Below are positions 42,556-52,006 of a DNA stretch of 64,000 nucleotides, in pieces (positions within the stretch are counted from its first letter, which is position 1; every line of letters starts with the position of its first letter). The stretch is taken from NCBI GenBank assembly GCA_963769935.1, contig CAVYNY010000022.1, forward strand, positions 448,001 to 512,000, given 5' to 3'. The DNA is from an uncultured delta proteobacterium (lineage in GTDB: Bacteria; Desulfobacterota; Desulfobacteria; Desulfobacterales; JAFDCJ01). Position numbers and translations under genes: made by a program. The notes beneath the pieces are model-generated. The model made no database searches. It was given only the letters and a program-made list of their open reading frames with translations, and was not told the origin of the DNA.

Positions 42556-42897
42556 TCATTTCATAATAAAAGTTTTAACCTGATCGAGTTCTTTTTTGAG
42601 TGCCTCGGCAGTTGCGGCAATCCCGGACAGGCGGCCCTGGCGGGCTTGGACTTCAATCTTTTCGGCCGTCGCCTGGGCTTTGGTAAAACCCAGATTGCCC
42701 GAGGCCCCTTTTATGGAGTGAGCGGCTTCGGCTGCCAGGCGAGCATTTTCATCGGCAATGGCGGTTTGTAATTTATGAATATCGGATGCGCAGGCCTCGA
42801 TATATAGGTCCGCGACTTCCAGGAATTCATCCTTTTCCAATCCCAATTCTTGTGCTAAGTTTTCCAGATTCACGCAATCTTCCTTTTCATTACCCAA
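42556..42897 (-). CDS. Hpt phosphotransfer protein
   Basis: AAHSIKGASGNLG motif. Confidence 0.9.
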   Translation of the reverse strand: MGNEKEDCVNLENLAQELGLEKDEFLEVADLYIEACASDIHKLQTAIADENARLAAEAAHSIKGASGNLGFTKAQATAEKIEVQARQGRLSGIAATAEALKKELDQVKTFIMK

Positions 42898-45023
42898 TTA
42901 TCGACCAATTCAAAAACGATTTCTTTCTTTATCGGTTTGGCAATATAATCATTCATGCCGGCTGCCAGACACATTTCCCGGTCGCCTTTCATTGCATGCG
43001 CCGTCATGGCAATGATCGGTATTTGTTCAAATCCCTCCGACCGTATTTTCCGGGTTGCTTCCAGTCCGTCCATCTCAGGCATCTGAACATCCATAAAGAC
43101 CAAATCGTATTGCCCGGACGACGTGCAAAACTTTTCGAATGCCTCCCGGCCGTTATTGGCCAGCTCAACCTGATACCCCGCTTTGGTCAATATCGCCTGG
43201 ATTAACTTCTGATTTACCGGGTGATCTTCGGCGATGAGCAAACTCACCGACGCGCTGGGTCTCCCCTGTTTTGGCGAATTCACCTTAGCCTGGCCGGAAG
43301 GATTTTTTTTCTCCGAGCCAATGCCGTCACGACCTTCAGATAATTTCGGCTCCGACCTTTCTACCCAGGCTGTGAAGTGCAGCTCGCTGCCGATGCTTAC
43401 CTGATCGGCCGCCCAGATATTTCCACCCATGAGTTTTGCCAGCTGGCGGCAAATTGTCAGCCCCAGGCCGCTGCCGCCGTATTTTCTCGTAGTTGATCCA
43501 TCGGCCTGTTGAAACGGGTTGAAGATCGTATCCAATTTATCCTGCGGGATGCCAATCCCCGAATCCTTGATAATGCCGTGCAGCATAATTTTATTATCCT
43601 CAGTCTTTTCAACCATCAGACCGACAGTAATCTTCCCGGCGGTGGTAAATTTGGCGGCATTGTCAACGAGGTTTAAAAGGATCTGCTGAAAGCGGGCAGG
43701 ATCGCCTTTGACAAACCGGGGCAGATCTTTTTCAATTCGATATTCGATCTGAATCCGTCTGGAGTCAATTTTGGGCCGTATCAAGTCGCATACGTCCGAA
43801 ACAATTTTTTGCGGACAGAAATCGATCGCCTCGATCGTCAATTCCCTTGCTTCAATTTTGGAAAAATCTAAAATGTCGTTTATCAGGGTGAGCAGCATTG
43901 CGCCGCTGCTTTTTATCATTTCGGCATATTCAATCTGGGTCTCATCGAGATTGGCTTCCAGCAGCATATCCGTGAAACCGATGACGGCATTCATGGGTGT
44001 GCGGATTTCGTGGCTCATATTCGCCAAAAATTCACTTTTGGCCACGTTGGCACTTTCAGCGGCCTCCCTCGCATCGACCAGATCGGTTACGTCCACAAAT
44101 GATTCAACCGTTCCGATGACGGCACCCGAGTCTTCGTCAGTACGTATGATTTCAGCATTCTTAATAATTTTGCGCTCCAAGCCGCTTCCGGTACAAATTC
44201 GATCCTGATTTTTAAACAAACGGGTGCCGCCCTCCGGATCGAGCAACGGGCATACGGTTGGGCAAAATTTCTGTTTCAGCATGCTGCATTTTTCTCCGAT
44301 GATCTCTTGGCGGCTGAAGCCGGTCAGAGAGCAAAACTCTTCGTTGACATCCATAATTCGCCGCTCGGCGTCTACGGTGAAAATGGCGGTGGCGGCGTTA
44401 TCCAGAATTTTTTGCTGCAAGCGGCCGGTTTTCTTCAACTGCTCATTGGTCATGCGAAGTTCGGCGGTTTGCCGGTCGATTTCAGATTTCAACTTCCGTG
44501 AATATTCCAATTGCTGCTGCTGGATAATTTGAAAATTGCGGTGATTATCCTGAAGAATTTCCTGGTATTTCTTTTCCAGAACTTGAACTTTCCGATTAAG
44601 CTGCTTTTTTTGAATCACCAGATAATCCTGCTCATCCCGCAAAGATTTGCGGGATAGATACAACTCGACACATAATCTTATGATGGCCATACCATAATTG
44701 CTCATGGTGGCATCCGGCGTTTGTTCGAACAACCCCAGAAGCAGAACGGCCTTCAACTCGCTGATAGGCAACGCGTAAACAAATCTTCCGGCGGCGAGTT
44801 CGAAATGAATTAACTTGCATTCCTTTATCGCCGTTTCAACGATGCAAGCCCGCACGTTTTGAGATAACGGCAGTTTTTCCGCCAGCGATACCACCCCGCC
44901 GTTGTTTAAAACAAGCTGAAAGCAGATATCCGGCGCACTTTTATGGAGCAGCACGAGCAGTTGCTGCAAATCATTATTGGCCTCTGCAAAATCACTGAAC
45001 AGGTCTAATTCAATATCAAACAC
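42870..45023 (-). CDS. Hybrid sensor histidine kinase (coiled coil-PAS-HisKA-HATPase-REC)
   Basis: FLANMSHEIRTPMN, NLVDNAAKFT, DSGIG, GGSGLGL, FMDVQMPEMDG; no obvious TM. Confidence 0.95.
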   Translation of the reverse strand: MFDIELDLFSDFAEANNDLQQLLVLLHKSAPDICFQLVLNNGGVVSLAEKLPLSQNVRACIVETAIKECKLIHFELAAGRFVYALPISELKAVLLLGLFEQTPDATMSNYGMAIIRLCVELYLSRKSLRDEQDYLVIQKKQLNRKVQVLEKKYQEILQDNHRNFQIIQQQQLEYSRKLKSEIDRQTAELRMTNEQLKKTGRLQQKILDNAATAIFTVDAERRIMDVNEEFCSLTGFSRQEIIGEKCSMLKQKFCPTVCPLLDPEGGTRLFKNQDRICTGSGLERKIIKNAEIIRTDEDSGAVIGTVESFVDVTDLVDAREAAESANVAKSEFLANMSHEIRTPMNAVIGFTDMLLEANLDETQIEYAEMIKSSGAMLLTLINDILDFSKIEARELTIEAIDFCPQKIVSDVCDLIRPKIDSRRIQIEYRIEKDLPRFVKGDPARFQQILLNLVDNAAKFTTAGKITVGLMVEKTEDNKIMLHGIIKDSGIGIPQDKLDTIFNPFQQADGSTTRKYGGSGLGLTICRQLAKLMGGNIWAADQVSIGSELHFTAWVERSEPKLSEGRDGIGSEKKNPSGQAKVNSPKQGRPSASVSLLIAEDHPVNQKLIQAILTKAGYQVELANNGREAFEKFCTSSGQYDLVFMDVQMPEMDGLEATRKIRSEGFEQIPIIAMTAHAMKGDREMCLAAGMNDYIAKPIKKEIVFELVDNWVMKRKIA

Positions 45024-45025
45024 GG

Positions 45026-45883
45026 CTACACCCTTCGGGTTTCGTAAATTTCTCTGGCCTTGGCCATTTCCTCAGGCAAATCCTTGGCCAGAGATTTATA
45101 TTCCATGAGATTGTCGCGGATATGCTCGAACAATGGCGGCGAGAGACTGGTTGCCATGCCATTGACAGCCGGATAGTTCGATTTTGTTACGATATATTCG
45201 GCCAGCTGGATAATTCCCCCGACGCTGGAGGGCGAAACGTTGGCCATCATTTTATGATGGCGCTTGATGGCCTTGATGACATCATACGGGAGTTTCCAAT
45301 CCTGAGCCAATAAATACCCCACTGTGCAATGGTCGGTCCCCATCATATCGCGCTCATAGGCGGTAAAGGTCCTGATTGACGGATCGCAGGCCCGGCAGCA
45401 CTGCATGAAAAGATCATGCTGGGTCTGGTCTTCGACGATCATCCCAATGTCATGCAAAATTCCGCATAAAAAGGCATCTTCGCCCTTTTCCTGAAAAATG
45501 CGTTCCGAAATCATCTGGCTGCAAATACTGACGGCTGCGCAGTGCAGCCACAGTTTTCTTCTCGAAAATGTCTCCTCATCCGAACTGATCTTGAAAATAT
45601 CTTTGAGGGCCTGGATAACCACCATGTTGCGCAGATTTTTCATGCCGAGGAGAATAACGGCGCGGGAAACATTCTCAACCTTTTGTTGCAGTCCGTAGTA
45701 AGGGCTGTTGACCAATCGAAGCAGACGCATGACCAGGGTGGGATCCATTTTGATGATTTTTTCAAATTCTTTAATCGTGCTGTTTTCATCTGCGATCAGT
45801 TGAGACAGGTGAATCGCCACATGCGGCAGTGTTTTCACTTTATTGAATTTCTTCAACAGCGCGCGAGCCGTTTTCATGTTCAC
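45026..45883 (-). CDS. HDOD-domain protein
   Basis: TLPHVA, DPTLVMRLLRLVNSPYYG, LWLHC, GILHDIG. Confidence 0.92.
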   Translation of the reverse strand: MNMKTARALLKKFNKVKTLPHVAIHLSQLIADENSTIKEFEKIIKMDPTLVMRLLRLVNSPYYGLQQKVENVSRAVILLGMKNLRNMVVIQALKDIFKISSDEETFSRRKLWLHCAAVSICSQMISERIFQEKGEDAFLCGILHDIGMIVEDQTQHDLFMQCCRACDPSIRTFTAYERDMMGTDHCTVGYLLAQDWKLPYDVIKAIKRHHKMMANVSPSSVGGIIQLAEYIVTKSNYPAVNGMATSLSPPLFEHIRDNLMEYKSLAKDLPEEMAKAREIYETRRV

Positions 45884-46413
45884 CTTTCCCCAAAATCAGT
45901 CGCGATATCCGGCCCGCTTGAAAGCGAGGGCAATCAAATTTTGTGATAAGTCGCTGAGATTCTATTTAATGCGGTATTATACTTATCGGCTGAAATGCGC
46001 CGGGCTTTAGAGAAAACTAAAGTGTTGATCCGGTTGAAGACCGGCCGGCCGATCAAAATAAAAATAAAATTCAAGGTGACTGTTTAGATGCCTGGAAAGA
46101 CGCGGTAACAGGGTGCAAGATTAGAATCGCCCGGCGGGACGACCCAGGCAACCCAGATAAAATCATCCCGGGGCAGTGGCAAAATTTAAAAATGGTGCAT
46201 ATTATATTGATGTTTTTGCATGACCCGGACCGACCCAAACCGATTTGGTATTAAATTACAGTTGCTTAATCGACCTCAACCCAACCTTCCTGCCGTGGCC
46301 GGGATCGGGCGCAGCCGGCGGGATCGCCGGTTTGGTGCCGCAGAGCGCCTTATCGGCCGGTATCTTCGATGAATTGGTTTTACCGGCCCGAGTGGATGTT
46401 AGGATCTGAAACC

Positions 46414-49345
46414 ATGAAGCGATCCTTGTCGATCAGCATTTTTATTACCGTTCTAATTTCCGTGGCCGGCACCGGCGCAGCGACGCCCTTGCCCGACGCC
46501 CAAACCTTGCGCGGATGGGTGCAGGAGATGAAAAACGCCCCCCGGGGACCTTTTGCGCGCCTGCGTTGGTTTTGCAGTGACGGCGCGATCCTGCCTCCCA
46601 AAGAATATGCCTGCCAAGATCACGGGGGCGGCGTGCAGCACGGAGAATGGACCGACCAGGTAAAATTGATGCGGGACAACGGGTATTTCATTGCCAATGT
46701 TTATGCCGACATTGATCCGACCCGGTTGCAGGAGGATCCGCAACAGATTGAAATCATAAAGCAAATGATTCTGGAACGGTTCCTGAGCGATGCGGACGAC
46801 GGCTGGATTTTCCACCGGGCCCGATACTACCGCGGAGCGTTGCAGACCGAAGACGAGATTCGGGGAGGCCGGGGGCTTCTGCTGGCTCTGGTTCAAGATC
46901 CGGCCTGGCGTCAGAAAAGGTTTCTCGTGCTGCGGGAAGCCGTCCGCTTCATGCCCCACGGCCGCAAAAACGCACCGGTCAGTGAAATGCGCCAGCTTGC
47001 CCAATCGATTGCCGAGCAAGACCAAAATTTTGAAAATTTGCGGAACAAAATTCATGTTCACCCGGAGTTAAGCGATGCCGCGCAGGTTCGCACCTATGCC
47101 AAGAAACGCGGCGTTGCCGAACTATCCGGCGATTATGAACGTCTGGCGCAGACTATCGAAGAAATTTACCTGCCCCGGGACGTCGTTCCCGTCCTTTTCT
47201 CCCTGGCCAAGCAGATCAAAAATACCGAGTTAAAGCAGCAAATCAGGCAGGCTGCTGCGAAACTGCGGGATCAGACCGATCCGGCGGCCAGCTTCACGGT
47301 TGCCAACCGCTTACTGGCAACACTGCGGGCCGATATGCTTCAAACCGGCGGCGCCGGCCGGAAACTGGCGCTGGTGGATGCCAGCCTGGTGCTGGAGGGC
47401 GACCTGTATCGCAGCGGCAATCAATTATTGGAGACGCTTTCCGGGAGCTCCCGCCGGCAGCGGATAGTATGGCTGGGCGATTGTACCGACGGTCTTTACG
47501 GAATCGGCCTGCTTTCTTCACGTCAGCAGCGGGCCCTGCATAATAATTTTCAAAGGCTGCTCAACGCCAACCCTGCATTAAAAGACTACCAGGGCGCATT
47601 GGACTACGCTGCCCGCGTTCCGGAATGGGCCGATCGACAGCTGAGATTTCATTTTGCCGAATCCGTGGCCCATCTCGCCGAAATCGAGCCGCTCACCCGG
47701 CGCTACATTCATGACCGGCTGCGCGGCAGTCTGCTGCTGACGTATTCCGCACTTTTGGAAAGTTTGCTGGCCGATGCCGGCAGCCAGTTGGGAATCGATA
47801 ACGACCTGTTCGGTCAGAAACTGACCTCCGGTTTGCGCGGATTGAATGCCGGGCTGGCGCGCGGCACGCTCAGAAAGCCTGAAAAGAATAATCATTTGCA
47901 GATCCATGACCGCAGCGGTATCTACGTCCTGCCTGCAACCACCGAAGATTTGCCCCCGGTAGCCGGCATCATCACCGCCGGCAAGGGAAATATCCTCTCG
48001 CATGTTCAACTCCTGGCCCGCAATCTGGGCATACCCAATGTGGCGATAGATGAAGAACTGCTCCAACGCATTAACGCCAGAATCGGCACCAGGGTTGTAC
48101 TGGCTGTGAGCTCCCGCGGCGTCGTGGAACTGGTTGCAGACGGACCCGACTGGAACAAGGTATTTGCCGCAGAAACCAGGGCCCAGGACGTTGTCATTCG
48201 TCCGGATCTGACCAAACTGGATCTTTACAATGTCGGCTTTATTCCGCTGCGACAGATGCGGGCGACCGATTCAGGCCGGATCGCCGGACCCAAAGCCGCC
48301 AACCTGGGTGAACTCAAACATTATTTTCCCGAGGCCGTGACCAAGGGTCTGGTAATTCCTTTCGGACACTTCCGGGCCCTGCTGGATCAGCCCCTTGAAC
48401 CCGGCGGCCCCAGTGTGTTCGGCTGGATGCAGCAGCAATATCAAACGATCCAGAGCCTTGCCGGCCGGCCCCGCGAACAGGAAACCCTCACCCGTCAAGT
48501 TCCTGGAAAGAATGCGGGACTGGATCAGCAATGCCGATCCCGGAGAAGACTTTCGCCGGCGTCTGAAAGAGGCCATGGATGAAAATTTCGGTCCGGATGG
48601 CACTTACGGCGTATTTGTACGCAGCGACACCAATGTAGAAGATCTGCCGGGTTTTACCGGTGCCGGCCTGAACCTCACCGTCCCCAATGTGGTCGGTTTT
48701 GAAAACGTGCTGCAGGCGATCAATCGGGTCTGGGCGTCGCCATTTACCGAGCGTGCCTATCGCTGGCGTCAGGCCTACATGCAGACTCCGGAACATATTT
48801 ACGTCTCCGTGCTGCTGTTAAAAAGCGTACCGTCAGACAAATCCGGTGTCATGGTCACGGCCGACGTGAACACCGGACAACCCGGCTGGCTAACCATCGC
48901 CGTCAACGAAGGGGTCAGCGGCGCTGTTTCCGGCCAAACCGCCGAGGAGCTGCGGATTCAACCGGCCGACGGCGACGTGCAGCTGCTGTCGTCCGCCACC
49001 GAGCCATACAAGCGGGTATTATTAAAGGAAGGCGGTGTGTCCAAGATCCCGGTCGACGGCGGCGAGGCTGTTTTGAGCCCCCAAGAGATCGAGCGGTTGA
49101 TAAAATTTGCCGGTAGCCTACCGGACCGATTCCCCATGCTGCAAAACGCCCAGGGCCAGACGGCTCCCGCCGATATCGAATTTGGATTTTACAACGACCG
49201 GCTGGTGCTCTTTCAAATCCGTCCCTTTCTGGATAACCCCCGCGCCCGCCAAAATATTTTTCTGAATCAGCTGGATCAAAGGCTGGAGGAAAAACAGAGC
49301 CTGCTTATTGATCTGGACCGGATTCCGGATGAGGAAACCAATTGA
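46414..49345 (+). CDS. Signal-peptide-bearing PEP-utiliser/PPDK-family dikinase (phospho-His domain upstream of ATP-grasp), split by one frameshift near 48497
   Basis: Joins ORFs 46369-48582 and 48395-49345. Sec-type leader MKRSLSISIFITVLISVAGTGAA; His domain GIITAGKGNILSHVQLLARNLGIP; nucleotide domain AGPKAANLGEL, FVRSDTNVEDLPGFTGAGLN, VWASPF, DIEFGF...FQIRP. Confidence 0.85.
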
Positions 49346-50607
49346 AAACATTCACCAAATTCGGCTTTTGGGCATTCGTTTTAATCTGGGTTCAAAACGG
49401 CTGGTCATACCCGCTGGACGGTTATCCCGCGACGGGAATTTTGCGGCTGGAAGGTTTTCGACTGGCACAGCAGGGCAGCGTAGCGGGAATCCGGCTGCCG
49501 CCCGGCGCGCTGCTCCCAAAAGACCAGGTCGATCTGCGTTTGACTGAATATCCCGATTTTCAGATGCCGGCGGTCGATCCGGAGTTTTCGGCGCAGATTG
49601 ATACGCTTCTGGGAGAAGATGCCGACAATTACGGGATTGCGGTACTGGATTTGACCGATATCAAGGCGCCGCGCTATGCCGAACATCGCGGCAGCTATCG
49701 CGCCAATCCCGGCAGCGTCGGCAAACTCGTCGTAGCGCTGGGAATTTTTCAGGCGCTGGCGGATATCTACCCCGATGACGTCGACAAACGGCAGCGCGTC
49801 CTGCATGATACGGTGGTCACGGCCGACCAGTTCATCCAAACCGATCATCACAAGGTGCCGTGGTGGACGCCGGACAGCAAGAAAATCAGCTATCGCCCGA
49901 TCCGGGTCGGCGACCAGGCCAATCTGTGGACCTACCTTGACTGGATGCTGTCTGCCAGCTCAAATGCGGCGGCCAGTATGGTGATCAGGGAGCTGATGCT
50001 CCTGGTGCAGTTTGGCCGGGACTATCCGCTCAGCCCCGAGGCGGCCGCTCATTTTTTTGCCGCCACGCCGCGCGGACAGCTTTCACAGCTGTTGTCCCGG
50101 AGTTTGCAGGAGCCCGTAACCCGCAATGTCCTGGATCTGGGAAATCTTCGGCAGGGGTCTTTTTTTACCTGGAAGGGCAAGCAGCTCGTGCCGGGCACCA
50201 CCAGCCAGGCCAGCCCCGTGGAGCTGATGCGGTATCTGGTGAAGATGGAGCAGGGGCGTCTGGTGGATACCTTTTCCAGCCGGGAAATCAAACGTCTGAT
50301 TTACATGACGCAGGGCCGTATCCGCTACGCCTCGGCACCGGCGCTTTACCCGGCCGCCGTTTATTTCAAATCCGGCTCCTTGTACAAATGCCGGGCGGAA
50401 CCGAATTTCAAATGCGGCAAATACCAGGGCAACGTGGTGAACATGCTAAATTCGCTGGCAATTGTCGAATTCCCGGCAGCTGAGCGCAAAATCTATTATA
50501 TGGTGGCGGTGATGTCCAATGTTTTGCGGAAAAATTCGGCGGTAGCCCATCAGACCTTGGCCAGCCGCATCCAGAGATTGATGGAGGCGTATCATCGGGG
50601 GCGATAA
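49342..50607 (+). CDS. Exported serine hydrolase (class A beta-lactamase/PBP-like fold)
   Basis: Signal peptide; SVGK (SxxK), SSN, KSG motifs; TTG start overlaps the dikinase stop (TTGA). Confidence 0.85.
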   Translation: MKTFTKFGFWAFVLIWVQNGWSYPLDGYPATGILRLEGFRLAQQGSVAGIRLPPGALLPKDQVDLRLTEYPDFQMPAVDPEFSAQIDTLLGEDADNYGIAVLDLTDIKAPRYAEHRGSYRANPGSVGKLVVALGIFQALADIYPDDVDKRQRVLHDTVVTADQFIQTDHHKVPWWTPDSKKISYRPIRVGDQANLWTYLDWMLSASSNAAASMVIRELMLLVQFGRDYPLSPEAAAHFFAATPRGQLSQLLSRSLQEPVTRNVLDLGNLRQGSFFTWKGKQLVPGTTSQASPVELMRYLVKMEQGRLVDTFSSREIKRLIYMTQGRIRYASAPALYPAAVYFKSGSLYKCRAEPNFKCGKYQGNVVNMLNSLAIVEFPAAERKIYYMVAVMSNVLRKNSAVAHQTLASRIQRLMEAYHRGR

Positions 50608-50741
50608 AATTACTGGGCTTATTGTCGGCGACGACCTGGACCGGATAGGCTTGTGTGAAACTTCAGGCAAACGAGGCGGGTATCATGTTGCATGGATAGA
50701 AGAGTCAGAAAGGGAACAACGGCAAGTGACCAGCAAGGCAT

Positions 50742-50987
50742 AAATTTCAATTTCCAAGCACCAAATCTCAAATAAATTCCAAATCACAATAATCAATGAC
50801 CGAAACCAGCCAAGCCAAGGAAATCCGGCTGATCTATTTTTTTCGTGTCATTGAACTTTCGTGTTTGGTAACCAAAGAATCGCTTACTTATTTGAAGTAA
50901 GGACCCAAACGAATGAGATCCCGTTTGGAATTTTGAATTTTGGCGATTGTAATTTATTTGGGATTTGTTATTTGGAATTTGTGATTT
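50742..50987. repeat. AT-rich heptamer-periodic palindromic element (copy 2)
   Basis: Left arm CAAGCACCAAATCTCAAATAAATTCCAAAT...CAATGACCGAAAC is close to the reverse complement of 31865-31913. Confidence 0.8.
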
Positions 50988-51067
50988 TGATTGACGCCAG
51001 CCCTGACACCTAAAACCATCGATCTCCAATCATTTCTTGTTGGAAAAAATGGTCTAAGGTTCCACGT

Positions 51068-51970
51068 CTAGTTTACGGCGGGGTGTGAGGGGTTGGTTTG
51101 AAAAATAAGATTGTCCATGGCCACAATCAATTCCCTTAGCCATAGGCCGCCCAGGCTGCTTTGGGCCAGCGCCACGGCAATATAGCGGCGGCCGTCATGC
51201 TCGATAATAGCGCTGTCCGCATGGTAATTACCCCAGGTTCCGGATTTACGAAAGATGCGAGAGTCCGGGTGGATCGCCTTCAGCCCTTTGACAAACTTGT
51301 GGTTGATGGCCGGGTGGCCGAGAATTTTTTTCATCTGGCGGCTGCTCTCGGGAGAAACCAGCCGGCCGGTTTGGAGCATGTAATAAAAACGGGCGACCTG
51401 GAAGGCGGTGGCACCGTGAGAAAGGTTGTGAAGCGGATCGCGTTTCCAGGCCCCGGCTTTGCTGTACTCTTTGCCGACCCACAGGCCCCCGTTTCGTGCC
51501 GGGTCATAAAGCCGGTAGCGGTTCGATTGCAGCAAATCGGCCAGATAGGCTTTGCCCACCTGGTTGAGAATTTCCGTGGCAGCCTGATTGGATGAGTTGC
51601 GAATCATCAATGCCAGCTTCTCCCGGGTAGCTGCATCCAGTTCCATCTCGCCGTGGGCGATGCGCTCAAAGGCACCCAGCAGAATGGCAATTTTAGGCAG
51701 ACTGGCGGCGTACATCATCTCATCGGGGTTGACATAGGCCATGCGGGGGGATGCCGGGTCCGTGATGTCGACCAGCACGATGCTCAGAGATTTATGGCTG
51801 GCGGCCTTTTCGAGATTGAGGGAGACCAGACACGTCTGCAAACCTTTTTGCAATTTCGGGTCGCAGGTCTCAGACAATTCGGCAGGCAGACGGTGAGCGG
51901 AGAGCGTGGTGGCAAACAGGAAAAAACTGATAACGGTAAACCCTATCTTGAAGCCGTATCGCAGGATCAT
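51068..51970 (-). CDS. Exported serine hydrolase (class A beta-lactamase-like)
   Basis: Signal peptide ending TLSA; YAASLPK (SxxK), SSN, RKSGT. Confidence 0.88.
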   Translation of the reverse strand: MILRYGFKIGFTVISFFLFATTLSAHRLPAELSETCDPKLQKGLQTCLVSLNLEKAASHKSLSIVLVDITDPASPRMAYVNPDEMMYAASLPKIAILLGAFERIAHGEMELDAATREKLALMIRNSSNQAATEILNQVGKAYLADLLQSNRYRLYDPARNGGLWVGKEYSKAGAWKRDPLHNLSHGATAFQVARFYYMLQTGRLVSPESSRQMKKILGHPAINHKFVKGLKAIHPDSRIFRKSGTWGNYHADSAIIEHDGRRYIAVALAQSSLGGLWLRELIVAMDNLIFQTNPSHPAVN

Positions 51971-52006
51971 GGTTATTATTATGATCGATATAGTAGGAAA
52001 GGGCAA

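Noticed and set aside
49342..51970. Calling the two SxxK proteins antibiotic-resistance beta-lactamases
   Set aside because: Only the generic PBP/beta-lactamase motifs are visible; no convincing class A omega-loop ExxLN signature, so activity is unassigned.
51653..52006. 118-aa N-terminal extension of the 546-aa transporter ORF
   Set aside because: Overlaps the opposite-strand hydrolase; a better GTG start with RBS lies at 52007.
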